A DNA stretch of 64,000 bases from the NCBI GenBank assembly GCA_963783385.1, contig CAWANJ010000007.1:96001-160000 (forward strand). Direction: 5' to 3'. A program made the position numbers and the translations under genes. Origin of the DNA: an uncultured Gemmatimonadales bacterium. Its GTDB lineage: Bacteria; Gemmatimonadota; Gemmatimonadetes; Palauibacterales; Palauibacteraceae. A model generated the notes under the pieces. It saw only the letters and a list, made by a program, of their open reading frames with translations, did not search any database and was not told where the DNA came from. Positions 36,556 through 46,330 of the stretch are shown piece by piece. Positions within the stretch are counted from its first letter, which is position 1; each line of letters opens with the position of its first letter.

Positions 36556-39180
36556 TCAGAGCTCGAGCTCGGCCTGCTCCTCACCGGAGGTGGCGTCCCC
36601 GGCCGCTTCCCCGGAGGCCCCGGAGTCGCCATCCGCGTTCTCCGGAGCGACTTCGGCTGCCGGCCGCGGGGCGCCGTCCCCGGCTTCCGGGGCGGCCTCT
36701 TCGCCTCCGGGTCCTGCGGAGCCCCTCGGATCCGACCGCAGCGGGTGCACGTGCGCGACGTCGTCCCCCTCGAGCCTCCCGAGCACCCGCAGACAGGCGT
36801 CGCCCCGGGCGCGCACCCGGAGCTCGGAGGCATCGGTGGTGACCAGGTCGCCGGAGCGGAGCTCCCACACGACCCGGTCACCGGGCTGGATCTCGAGCAG
36901 GCCCACCAGGTCACCGGCGCTGTCCCGGTCGGGGAGGATGGTGGCGCCCTTCCCGGCGCGGCCCTGAAGCCGGAGTTCGGTGAACGGGACTCGCTTGCCG
37001 AAGCCCCGCGAGCCCGCCACGAACAGCTCGGAGTCCCGCCGCGGCGCCATGGCGGCCACCACCCTGTCCTCCGCCTCGAGGTCGATGCCCTTCACCCCCT
37101 GGGCGGTGCGGCCCATGGGACGGACCTCGCCCTCCTCGAACCGGATCGCCATGCCGGCCCGGGTGCCGAGGACGAGCTCTCCCCCGCCTTCCGTGACCAG
37201 GGCGGTCAGGACGCGGTCGCCGTCGCCGAGGCCCGCGGCGATGATGCCGCCCGTGCGCACGTTGGAGTACTCGTCCAGCGACGTGCGCTTGACCTGCCCG
37301 CCCTCGGTGACCGTGACCAGGAAGTGGTCGGCGTCGAAGGCGGTCACCGGGAGGAGCGCCACCACCTCGTCTCCCTCCTCCAGGGCCAGGTAGCTCGCCA
37401 GGGGCTTGCCGCGCGAGCTGCGCGTGCCGCGCGGCAAGTCGCCGAGGGGCAGGGCGTGGGCGCTCCCCCGTCGAGTCACGGCCAGAAGGGAGTCGCTGCC
37501 CTGGCACAGCACGGCCTGGCTCACGAAGTCGGCCTCGCGCTCGGCGAGGGCTTCCGCCCCGGCCAGTCCCGCGCCGCCCCGCACCGGCTGGGCCTTCAGG
37601 TAGCCGCGCCGGCTGAGGAGGACGAGCGTGGCTCCCCCCGCGTTCCCCGAGGGCAGGGGGAAGGCATCGTGCCCGTCCAGGATCTCCGTGCGCCGCGCGT
37701 CCCCGTAGCGCTCCGACAGCTCCTCCAGCTCCAGGCACAGCGCGTCGCGTCGAGCCGCCTCGTCCTCGACCAGGAGCTCGAGCTCCTCGATCGAGGCCCG
37801 CAGGGAGGCGAGCTCCTCGGACAGCTTGCGGCGCTCCAGGCCCGTGAGGCTGGCCAGGCGCATGGCCAGGATGGCCCCGGCCTGCCGCTCGGAGAGCCCC
37901 ATCTCGCGCTGCAGCGCCTCCGAGGCCGCGGGGGGATCGGCCGCGGCGCGGATGATCTCCAGCACGCGGTCGATGTCGTCGAGGGCGATGAGCAGTCCCT
38001 CGACGACGTGGGCGCGGTCCCGGGCTTCCCGCAGGTCGTGGGCGGCGCGGCGGGCGATGACCTCGAGGCGGTGGTCGACGAAGCAGCGCAGCGCCTCCAC
38101 GAGGTCCAGCTCCTCGGGCCGCCCATCGACCAGGGCCAGGTTGATGATGCCGAAGGTGTATCGGAGCTGGGTCTTCTTGAACAGGACCGGCAGGAGCTTT
38201 CGCGGCTCGGAGTCGCGCTTGAGCTCGATCACCAGCCGGATGCCGTCCCGGTCGGACTCGTCGCGCAGGTCGGTGATCGCGTCCATGCGTCCGCGGCGGA
38301 CCTGGCGGGTGATCTGCTCGATGACCCGCGACTTGTTGACCTGGTACGGGAGCTCGGTCACCACGATGGCGCTCTTCCCGTAGCCCAGCTCTTCCACGTG
38401 CATGCGGGCGCGCATCTCGACCAGGCCGCGGCCCGTCCGGTAGGCCTCCTCGATGCCGTCCCGACCCCAGATGTAGCCCCCCGTCGGGAAGTCCGGGCCC
38501 GGGATGTACGCCACCAGGTCGTCGACCGTGCACTCCGGGTCGCGGACCAGGTGCACGGTGGCCGCCAGGAGCTCGGTCAGGTTGTGGGGCGGGATCTTGG
38601 TGGCCATGCCGACCGCGATCCCGTCCGTGCCGTTCAGGAGGAGCTGCGGGAGCCGGGTGGGAAGGACGGTCGGCTCCTCGAGCCGGTTGTCGAAGTTGCC
38701 CGTGAAGTCGACCGTGTCCTGGCCCAGGTCCTGGAGCATCTCCGTGGAGATCGAGGCCAGCCGGGCCTCCGTGTACCGGTAGGCGGCCGCGCTGTCGCCA
38801 TCGATGGATCCGAAGTTGCCCTGACCATCCACGAGCGGATAGCGCATGGAGAAGTCCTGCGCCATGCGCACCAGCGTGTCGTAGACGGCGCTGTCCCCGT
38901 GCGGGTGGTACTTGCCGAGCACGTCGCCCACGACGGTCGCGCTCTTCTTGTAGGGACGTCCCGGGAGGAGGCCCTGTTCCCACATGGCGTAGAGGATCCG
39001 GCGGTGCACGGGCTTGAGTCCGTCCCGGGCGTCGGGCAGGGCGCGCTGGACGATCACGCTCATCGAGTAGTCGATGAACGAGTCCCGCATCTCCTGCTCG
39101 AGGAAGCGGGGTATGATCCTCTCGTGCCGGGTCGATGCTCCTACCACGTGTCGTCCCTCGGGCTGGGGGCTTCGGTTCAT
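36556..39180 (-). CDS. Type IIA topoisomerase A subunit (GyrA-like, lacking the GyrA-box; probable ParC-type function)
   Basis: [24 protein letters not shown] and AAYRYTE catalytic Tyr. Six-blade C-terminal domain with no QxRGGxG in blade 1. Confidence 0.9.
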   Translation of the reverse strand: MNRSPQPEGRHVVGASTRHERIIPRFLEQEMRDSFIDYSMSVIVQRALPDARDGLKPVHRRILYAMWEQGLLPGRPYKKSATVVGDVLGKYHPHGDSAVYDTLVRMAQDFSMRYPLVDGQGNFGSIDGDSAAAYRYTEARLASISTEMLQDLGQDTVDFTGNFDNRLEEPTVLPTRLPQLLLNGTDGIAVGMATKIPPHNLTELLAATVHLVRDPECTVDDLVAYIPGPDFPTGGYIWGRDGIEEAYRTGRGLVEMRARMHVEELGYGKSAIVVTELPYQVNKSRVIEQITRQVRRGRMDAITDLRDESDRDGIRLVIELKRDSEPRKLLPVLFKKTQLRYTFGIINLALVDGRPEELDLVEALRCFVDHRLEVIARRAAHDLREARDRAHVVEGLLIALDDIDRVLEIIRAAADPPAASEALQREMGLSERQAGAILAMRLASLTGLERRKLSEELASLRASIEELELLVEDEAARRDALCLELEELSERYGDARRTEILDGHDAFPLPSGNAGGATLVLLSRRGYLKAQPVRGGAGLAGAEALAEREADFVSQAVLCQGSDSLLAVTRRGSAHALPLGDLPRGTRSSRGKPLASYLALEEGDEVVALLPVTAFDADHFLVTVTEGGQVKRTSLDEYSNVRTGGIIAAGLGDGDRVLTALVTEGGGELVLGTRAGMAIRFEEGEVRPMGRTAQGVKGIDLEAEDRVVAAMAPRRDSELFVAGSRGFGKRVPFTELRLQGRAGKGATILPDRDSAGDLVGLLEIQPGDRVVWELRSGDLVTTDASELRVRARGDACLRVLGRLEGDDVAHVHPLRSDPRGSAGPGGEEAAPEAGDGAPRPAAEVAPENADGDSGASGEAAGDATSGEEQAELEL

Positions 39181-39446
39181 GTTCGGTCAACGTGTGGCGC
39201 GAGCCGCCGCGGGACAAGGGAGACGTCCTCCCCCCCGCGTTCGCCGGGCTGTTCGTGGCCCACGGGGCCGCCACGCTCGTCGGCGCGGAGGAGCAACGGT
39301 TCTGTTCATCCGCGGCGACATAGACTATATTAGTGGGCTGAAAGAAATATCGTCCTTCGTTTCCCGCGTGCCGATCCCGGCCGCTCCGAGGGGTGACGTG
39401 GGCTCCCGCGGAGCCGAGTCAGAAGTGCATTCTGGGAGTATCTTTC

Positions 39447-40373
39447 GTGAGGAACGGTTTCTCTTCCGAACAGAAGCGGCTGGCGGTGCTTGGCGTCAAG
39501 CCCGGTCGTAGGTCCAATCTCGGATTCGCTATCGCGTGCTTCCTGGTTCCGACCCTCGTGCTGGTCGCCGCCCTGGGCTTGAGGGCCCGGTATGGCCTGG
39601 CGCTGCCCGCCACCTCGACGCCGCTGGTGGTCATTCACGCCCGCGACTTCACGTTCGATCTCCCGGACACCCTCCCCGCGGGCTCCGTTCGCCTCCGCCT
39701 GGTGAACGAGGGGGCGACGCCCCACCACGCGGTCCTCACGCGACTCGAGGAGGGCCGGGCAGCCGGAGACTACCTGTCCGGGGTCGCCGCCTTCCTGCGG
39801 GGCGGCGAATTCCCGGGCTGGGCCGATGACCCGGGCGGACCAGGGCTGGTCATGCCGGGAGACAGCGCGGAGGTGACCGTGACACTCGCACCCGGCCACT
39901 ACCTGCTGGCGTGTTACGTGACGACGCCCACGGGGGCCACGCATCTCCAGAAGGGCATGGTGCGTGAGTTCGAGGTGGCGGCGATACCCGGTGCGCTCTC
40001 CGTCGCTCCGCCGACGGCCGATGTCACCATCGAACTCATGGACTACACCTTCCGGCTCTCGTCCCCGATCATGGCCGGAAATCACTGGATTCACGTCGTG
40101 AATCAGGGTCCCCAGGAGCACGAGGTCCAGTTCGTCCGGATCGAGCCCGGTCACACGCCCGAGGAAGCCACGGCGTGGATCGAGGGGGGGATGCAGGGAC
40201 CGGCGCCGTTCAGGCTCGAGGGCGGTCTCGCGGGGATCTCGCCGGGACGCGACGGCTACCTGCGCCAGGTCTTCGTGCCGGGCGACTACTTGCTGCTGTG
40301 CTTCGTCCCGGACCAGACCGATCGGAGGCCTCACGCGCTGCACGGTATGCTGTACGCCATCCACGTGACCTGA
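39447..40373 (+). CDS. Two-domain cupredoxin-like exported protein
   Basis: N-terminal TM/signal and two repeats, each with His..C-x9/10-H-x4-M (CYVTTPTGATHLQKGM; CFVPDQTDRRPHALHGM). Start uncertain. Confidence 0.7.
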   Translation: MRNGFSSEQKRLAVLGVKPGRRSNLGFAIACFLVPTLVLVAALGLRARYGLALPATSTPLVVIHARDFTFDLPDTLPAGSVRLRLVNEGATPHHAVLTRLEEGRAAGDYLSGVAAFLRGGEFPGWADDPGGPGLVMPGDSAEVTVTLAPGHYLLACYVTTPTGATHLQKGMVREFEVAAIPGALSVAPPTADVTIELMDYTFRLSSPIMAGNHWIHVVNQGPQEHEVQFVRIEPGHTPEEATAWIEGGMQGPAPFRLEGGLAGISPGRDGYLRQVFVPGDYLLLCFVPDQTDRRPHALHGMLYAIHVT

Positions 40374-40463
40374 GCGGCGGTCGGATGCAGGGCCGCTGCG
40401 GATCACCCGGACGCACGCGGCCGGTTGGCCCGATGGTGCCGACGCCCTAGGTTGGCGCCCCGC

Positions 40464-41399
40464 ATGCACGCTCTCCGCCGCCCGTTCGCCCGGCGCACGT
40501 GGCCGATGCCGGCCCCCGCCTGGAGCCTCGCTTTCGTGTGGGGCCTGGTGTGGGCGCCTTCGCGGCCGAGCCTGGCCCCAACGCCGGTCGGCGATCCAGG
40601 TCGGCCCGCGCCGGTCGTCCGGATCGAGGTGGCCGACTCGTCCATCTCCATCCCGGACATCCTCCCGTCGGGGCTCGTCCGTCTACGGCTCGTCGACCAC
40701 GGCAGCCGGGCCCAGCGGATCGTCCTCACGCGGCTTCGGCCGCGTCAGTCGGCGGCGGCCTACCTGCGGGGCGCCCAGCGCTGGCTCGCGGGAGGCGACT
40801 TCGGCCTGTGGGGCGTCGACCCGGGGAGCCCGGGCATGGTCGCTCCCGGAGACAGCACGGAGGTGGTCGTCCAGCTCCATCCCGGCCACTACGTGATCGC
40901 CCACTGGTCCAGCCGCACGGACGGGTCCGTACGGATCCGGATGGCGACGAAGGCGACCTTCGAGGTCCTGGCGCCGCCGATCGGGGTCCCCCCGGCCGCC
41001 GCTCCCGAACCGGACCTCTCGGTCCGCATGACGGACGATGCCTACCGGGTCTCGGGCCCGATCACGCCCGGTCACCACGTTCTGAGGATCGCGAACTACG
41101 GCTTCCACGAGCACGACTTCGAGCTCGTCCGGCTCCTCGACGGGCACACGCCCGCCGAGGCGCGCAGCTGGCTCGGGGGAGGCATGCAGGGCCCGGCCCC
41201 GGTGGAGTTCGTGGGCGGCCTGGTGGCCGTGTCGCCCGGCCTCGCCGGCTACCTGGACGTGGCGCTGGAGCCCGGGCACTACCTGGCGGTGTGCCTGGTG
41301 CCGACCGGAGCGGACCGCAGGCCGCGCGTCGACCAGGGCATGCTCGCGTCCATCCGCGTGCCGCCCGCCGGGGACGCATCGGCCAACGAGCCTCGTTGA
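40464..41399 (+). CDS. Paralogous two-domain cupredoxin-like protein with degenerate metal ligands
   Basis: Collinear with the upstream gene (DPGSPGMVAPGDSTEV; GGMQGPAP). Start uncertain. Confidence 0.65.
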   Translation: MHALRRPFARRTWPMPAPAWSLAFVWGLVWAPSRPSLAPTPVGDPGRPAPVVRIEVADSSISIPDILPSGLVRLRLVDHGSRAQRIVLTRLRPRQSAAAYLRGAQRWLAGGDFGLWGVDPGSPGMVAPGDSTEVVVQLHPGHYVIAHWSSRTDGSVRIRMATKATFEVLAPPIGVPPAAAPEPDLSVRMTDDAYRVSGPITPGHHVLRIANYGFHEHDFELVRLLDGHTPAEARSWLGGGMQGPAPVEFVGGLVAVSPGLAGYLDVALEPGHYLAVCLVPTGADRRPRVDQGMLASIRVPPAGDASANEPR

Positions 41400-41451
41400 G
41401 CGAGCTCGCCAGCGGGCGTAGCTTCGGGACGGCCCGTTCCCGTACCGCGAG

Positions 41452-43356
41452 GTGTCGATGCTGACCGGCTTCACGACCCACCTTCTCCAGGCGGCCCTCC
41501 TCCTGGCCCCCCAGGCCGCGGCGGCGGGATCGTCGACCCCGCCGATGGCGCCCCCGGGAGTCCCCCCGGACACGCTGTGGCAGCAGCGAGTGGCATACAG
41601 CACCGAGGCGCAGCTCGACGAGGATGCCCAGGTCCTCCACGCCGCCGAGGTCGTGCGCTACCAGAACGCCTCCCCGGACACGCTGAGGGCCCTGTTCTTC
41701 CACCTGTACCTGAACGCCTTCCGGCCCCACAGCATCTGGGCGCGCACCGAGCAGAGGAAGCCGTACGACTTCGGCGCGCTCCGGGACCCCGACTACGGGT
41801 ACGAGCGCGTCCGCTCGGCCGAGCTGGTCCCGTGGGGAAGGGGGAGCGGCCGGGGCAGCGGCGCGAGGGAGGGGCGCGGCGCCGGGGGCCGGGACCTGTC
41901 GGCTGCCTACCCGTTCGCCCCGGACTCCACCGTCGTGCGCTTCGACCTGCCGCGGCCGCTGGCGCCGGGCGATTCGCTGCGGGTCCGGATCGAGTGGGAC
42001 GCGCGACCCGCGACCCTGTGCCGGCGACAGTGCCGCGAGGGGCGTCACTGGGATTTCGCGCAGTGGTATCCCCGCGTGGCCGTGTACGACACGGCCGGCT
42101 GGGAGGACCACCCGCTGCATCCGCAGGGGGAGTTCTACGGCGAGTTCGGGAGCTACGACGTGACGCTCGACCTGGCCTCCGACCAGGTGGTGGGGGCCAC
42201 GGGCGTGCCGGTCGACGGGGACCCGGGCTGGAAGCCGGACTCCTCGAGCCCCGACCGGACGGTCGACTACCAGCGCGACTGGTACGGCACTCCAGTGCGG
42301 CTCGATGACCCGGGGATGCTGGACGGTCCGGCGACGGGAGGCCGCAAGCGGGTGCGCTTCCGGGCGGAGCGCGTGCACCACTTCGCGTGGAGCGTCGATC
42401 CCGCCTACCGCTACGAGCAGGGGCACCTGGGCAGGGTCGCGGTCCGCGTGCTGTACCGCCCCGGCGACCTGGACTGGGACCTCGGGGCCGCGGTGCGGCG
42501 CACGATCCGGGCGCTCCGCTGGCTGGGAGGCATCTACGGCCCGTACCCGTGGCCGCAGCTCACCAACCTCCATCGTCTGGAGGGGGGCGGCACCGAGTTC
42601 CCCATGGTGATCATGAACGGCGGGCCGGGGCAGGGGCTCATCACGCACGAGTCCAGCCACCAGTACAACATGGGCATCCTGGCCAACAACGAGTGGAAGG
42701 AGGGCTGGCTCGACGAGGGCATGGCCAGCTTCCTGACCAACTGGTTCGAGCGGGAGCACGGGGTGGCCGACCCCTGGGCTCGCAGCATGCGGTCCGCCCG
42801 GGCGCGGGAGGCGGCGGGCGCCACGCAGGTGGTGTCCGAGGCGTCCGAGAACTTCGCGGACTACGGCACCTACGGCGCCATGATCTACACCAAGGGTTCG
42901 GTCGTCCTGCGCATGCTCCGGTGGCTGGTGGGCGAGCAGCACTTCCGGAAGGGCATGCACCTCTACTACCGTGGCTACCGTTTCCACCACGTGGACGGGG
43001 CCGACCTCGAGGCCGCCATGGAGCGATCCGGCGGGCAGGATCTGGCATGGTTCTTCCACCAATGGCTGCAAACTACGTGGACCCTCGACTACGCGGTGGG
43101 CAAAGTCCGCACCGAGCCCGTTGGCGATGGACGGTGGAGGACGAGCGTCGAGGTGACGCGCCAGGGCAGGGCGTGGATGCCCGTCGACCTGGCCGTCGGG
43201 GACGCGACGGTTCGCCTGGACTCGCGTGACGCGAGCCAGACGGTGACTGTCGTAACGACCGGGAGGCCCGAATCGGTGGTCCTGGATCCCGAGGACGTGC
43301 TCCTGGAGACGGATCGCGAGAACAATCGGAAGGAGCTGGGCGCACAGGACCTCTAG
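41452..43356 (+). CDS. M1 family aminopeptidase (secreted)
   Basis: AQWYPR, GEFYGEFG, GGTEFP, HESSHQY..WLDEG and YTKGS. Confidence 0.9.
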   Translation: MSMLTGFTTHLLQAALLLAPQAAAAGSSTPPMAPPGVPPDTLWQQRVAYSTEAQLDEDAQVLHAAEVVRYQNASPDTLRALFFHLYLNAFRPHSIWARTEQRKPYDFGALRDPDYGYERVRSAELVPWGRGSGRGSGAREGRGAGGRDLSAAYPFAPDSTVVRFDLPRPLAPGDSLRVRIEWDARPATLCRRQCREGRHWDFAQWYPRVAVYDTAGWEDHPLHPQGEFYGEFGSYDVTLDLASDQVVGATGVPVDGDPGWKPDSSSPDRTVDYQRDWYGTPVRLDDPGMLDGPATGGRKRVRFRAERVHHFAWSVDPAYRYEQGHLGRVAVRVLYRPGDLDWDLGAAVRRTIRALRWLGGIYGPYPWPQLTNLHRLEGGGTEFPMVIMNGGPGQGLITHESSHQYNMGILANNEWKEGWLDEGMASFLTNWFEREHGVADPWARSMRSARAREAAGATQVVSEASENFADYGTYGAMIYTKGSVVLRMLRWLVGEQHFRKGMHLYYRGYRFHHVDGADLEAAMERSGGQDLAWFFHQWLQTTWTLDYAVGKVRTEPVGDGRWRTSVEVTRQGRAWMPVDLAVGDATVRLDSRDASQTVTVVTTGRPESVVLDPEDVLLETDRENNRKELGAQDL

Positions 43357-43373
43357 CCAACAGGAGTAAACGC

Positions 43374-43763
43374 ATGCGTAAATGGAGCGGAGCTATCGTC
43401 GTGGGGCTCGGCGCCCTGCTGGCCGTCAGCGGGCCCGCGGCGGCCCAACAGGCGCACGTCGTTTCATCCTCGGAGGTCGATCAGGCAGTCCGCACGGCGA
43501 GTACGCCCGCGGCCGCCGAGCGCGCGGCCCTGCGCAGGCTGCTGGCCCGGCCGCAGACCCAGGCCGTGGCCGACCGCTACGGCCTGGACCTCGAGCGGGC
43601 GCGCGACGCGGTGGCCACGCTGGACGGCCCCGAGCTGGCGCAGCTCGGCGCCCGTGCCCAGCGGCTCGATGCCGCGCTGGCCGGCGGAGCCGACACCGTC
43701 ATCATCCCGGTTACCACGATCATCATCGCGCTTCTCGTTCTCGTCATCATCCTCGTGTCATGA
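43374..43763 (+). CDS. Secreted double-glycine precursor-like protein (PA2779-like)
   Basis: Sec signal (AAA|QQ), helical region ending LDGPELAQL..LAGG, then a 24-aa hydrophobic tail. RBS AGGAG. Confidence 0.75.
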   Translation: MRKWSGAIVVGLGALLAVSGPAAAQQAHVVSSSEVDQAVRTASTPAAAERAALRRLLARPQTQAVADRYGLDLERARDAVATLDGPELAQLGARAQRLDAALAGGADTVIIPVTTIIIALLVLVIILVS

Positions 43764-45901
43764 GGCCACGCGGCCGGGCGGCTGCTGCCGCCCTGGCCGC
43801 GCTCCTCGAGCTGGGCGCCCCCTGGCGTCCGGTGGCCGCTCTCCAGACGCCCGGCGTCGCCTCCGATACGACGCCGGGCGTTTCCGTCCTGGACGTGCCC
43901 TACGTGCCCCAGTCGGAGGAGCTGTGCGGCGGGGCGGCGGCGGTCATGGTGTTTCGCTACTGGGGCGTGGATTCGGTGGCTGTCCGCGAGTTCGCGCCGC
44001 TGGTGGACGATTCCGCCCGCGGGATCCGCACCGGGACGCTCACCGACGAGATCCGCTCCCTGGGCTGGAGGGCGGTGGCCTTCCGGGGCAGCCTGCCCGA
44101 GCTCCGCCGGCAGCTGGCGCGGGGACGGCCGGTCATCGTGCTGCTCCGAATGGGGCCCGACCGGTACCACTACGTGGTCGTGGTGGCGGCCGACGACGGG
44201 ACGGTCCTCGTGCACGACCCCGCCCGCGCCCCGTTCCGGAAGCTGTCGGTGGCGGAATTCCGGAGCATGTGGGCGCCGACCGGGGCGTGGTCGCTGCTCG
44301 TGGTTCCCGCCCGCCACCGGGTCGATTCCCTGCGTGCGGCCCCCGCGGATTCCACGTCGGCGGCCCCCGCTCCGCGAGCCGCCGACTCGGCGGCGGAGCG
44401 CACCGCCGTCCCTCCTCCCGCGGGACCCTCGGCCTGCCACGAGCGGGTCGGGGACGCCGTCCGCATGGCCAGGGATGGCGACATGGCCGGGGCCGCTCGG
44501 GTGCTGGAGGCGACCGCGGCCGCCTGTCCGGATTCCGCGTCTCCCCTCCGCGAGCTGTCCGGCGTCCGCTTCCAGCAGCGGCGGTGGATGGAGGCTGCCG
44601 CCGCGGCTCGCCGGGCCCTCGCGCTCGAGCCCGGCGACCCGTACACGACGCGGCTCCTCGCCGGAGATCTGTACATGGCGGGCCGCCGCGAGGAGGCGCT
44701 CCGAACCTGGAACGAGGTCGGCGAGCCCCGCGTCTCGTCCCTGCGTGTGTACGGGCTCGAGCGGGTGCGCTACCGGGTCGTGGCCCGCCGCGTGGACCTG
44801 CCCCGCGACAGCCTCCTGACCCGGCGCCGGCTGGCCCTGGTGCGCCGCCGCCTGGACGCGGTGCCGGGGTTCGCGGCGACGCGGGTGGACTGGGGCTACC
44901 AGGGCGCGGGCCGGGCCGAACTGCGCGTGGCCGTGCTGGAGCGGCGACCGCTGCCGGGGGGAGTGCCGGGCCTGGTGCTCTCCCTGGCCGCCGGTCTCCC
45001 CCAGCGGGTGGTGCGCGTTCGGACCGGCAGCCTGTTCGGGGACGGGGAGCGCATGAGCGCCGCCTGGCGCTGGTGGAGCGAGAGGCCGCGCGTGTCGCTG
45101 GACGTCCAGGGGCCCGATGCATTCGGCCTGACCGGGATCTGGGACGCGGGGGGGTCGTGGGAGCGGGAGGCGTTTCGCGTGCCGGCGGCTTCCGGGCCCG
45201 CCGACACCCTGCGCGAGGAGCGCTGGAGCGCCGGCCTGGCGCTGGACGCGTGGGGGACCCCCTTCCTGCGGTGGCGGGTCGGCGTGTCCCTGGATCGGTG
45301 GGCCGGACGCGGGACGGCGCCCGGCGTGGCCGCGGGCGTTGAGCTCCTGGGCGCCGGGGACCGCGTGAGGCTGGTAGCCGGGGGGCGGGCGTGGCCCGGA
45401 CCCGACGGCGCCTTCGGTGCGGGGCGGGCGGAGCTCGGCTGGCGATCCGCGGAGCGCCCGCGGGGTGTGGTTCTCTCCTCGAGGGTCGGGTACGCGGCCG
45501 CCTCCGCCCGGGCTCCCTTGCAGCTATGGCCGGGGGCCGGCACGGGCCACGCCCGGCCGACCCTGCTGCGGGCCCACCCGCTGCTGGAGGGCGGCGTGGT
45601 CTCGGGTCCCGCGTTCGGACGGAGGGTGGCATACGCCGGGGCGGAGATGACCGCCTGGTATGCCGGGCTCGCGCCCCTGGCGGTCGGGCCCGCGCTGTTC
45701 GTGGACTTCGCCCGGGCCTGGAGCCGCCCGGGCGGGGGGGCGAGCCCGGCCGAGGTGGACGTGGGGGCCGGGCTTCGCCTGGCCGTTCCGGGGACGCCGT
45801 CCCGTCTCCGCCTCGACGTGGCGCACGGGCTGCGGGACGGGGAGAACGCCGTGTCGATCGGATGGGAGGGAGTCTGGCCCGGGGACGGCAGCCAGCGCTG
45901 A
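43760..45901 (+). CDS. C39-like cysteine peptidase-TPR-POTRA-Omp85-like beta-barrel fusion
   Basis: VPYVPQSEELCGGAA..YHYVVV..VHDP (C39), TPRs, a POTRA-like segment (VSSLRVYGLER..LRVAVLER) and a Trp/Gly-rich barrel ending RLDVAHG..SIGW. ATGA overlap with the upstream gene. Confidence 0.78.
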   Translation: MRPRGRAAAAALAALLELGAPWRPVAALQTPGVASDTTPGVSVLDVPYVPQSEELCGGAAAVMVFRYWGVDSVAVREFAPLVDDSARGIRTGTLTDEIRSLGWRAVAFRGSLPELRRQLARGRPVIVLLRMGPDRYHYVVVVAADDGTVLVHDPARAPFRKLSVAEFRSMWAPTGAWSLLVVPARHRVDSLRAAPADSTSAAPAPRAADSAAERTAVPPPAGPSACHERVGDAVRMARDGDMAGAARVLEATAAACPDSASPLRELSGVRFQQRRWMEAAAAARRALALEPGDPYTTRLLAGDLYMAGRREEALRTWNEVGEPRVSSLRVYGLERVRYRVVARRVDLPRDSLLTRRRLALVRRRLDAVPGFAATRVDWGYQGAGRAELRVAVLERRPLPGGVPGLVLSLAAGLPQRVVRVRTGSLFGDGERMSAAWRWWSERPRVSLDVQGPDAFGLTGIWDAGGSWEREAFRVPAASGPADTLREERWSAGLALDAWGTPFLRWRVGVSLDRWAGRGTAPGVAAGVELLGAGDRVRLVAGGRAWPGPDGAFGAGRAELGWRSAERPRGVVLSSRVGYAAASARAPLQLWPGAGTGHARPTLLRAHPLLEGGVVSGPAFGRRVAYAGAEMTAWYAGLAPLAVGPALFVDFARAWSRPGGGASPAEVDVGAGLRLAVPGTPSRLRLDVAHGLRDGENAVSIGWEGVWPGDGSQR

Positions 45902-45927
45902 GAGGCTCCCGGCGGCCGACGCGCGGC

Positions 45928-46323
45928 TCAGCCGGCCAGCAGCTCCCGGGTGGCCTCCTGGGCCGGCGATGGGTCGAGGGGCACCGCGATGACCAGGGCC
46001 CTCCGGTTACGCTGCTGGGGCAGGTGGAGCAGGAGCGGTCCGTCCGGGGGGACCCCGTTCGCATCCTCGGCGCGCCCGTCGGGGCCCACGGCCACGGCCC
46101 GGCCCGGATCGAGCCGGGCCGCCAACCACAGGCCGTAGTCCAGCCACGCGGCGACGCCGGCCTCCCCCTGCGCCTCTCCATCGGGGGAGAGCTCGTTCTC
46201 GTAGCGCTGGACGGCCTCGCGGTAGGCGTCGGGATCCCGGTCGCGGAGCTGCTTGAGGATCTCCCGGCACGGCGGACGTGGGTCCGAGAGCCCGCGGGCC
46301 TCCAGGGCCTCCTCGAGCGTCAC
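45928..46323 (-). CDS. Hypothetical protein
   Basis: Codon-biased ORF starting 8 nt downstream of rho. Confidence 0.65.
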   Translation of the reverse strand: MTLEEALEARGLSDPRPPCREILKQLRDRDPDAYREAVQRYENELSPDGEAQGEAGVAAWLDYGLWLAARLDPGRAVAVGPDGRAEDANGVPPDGPLLLHLPQQRNRRALVIAVPLDPSPAQEATRELLAG

Positions 46324-46330
46324 GGCCCGG

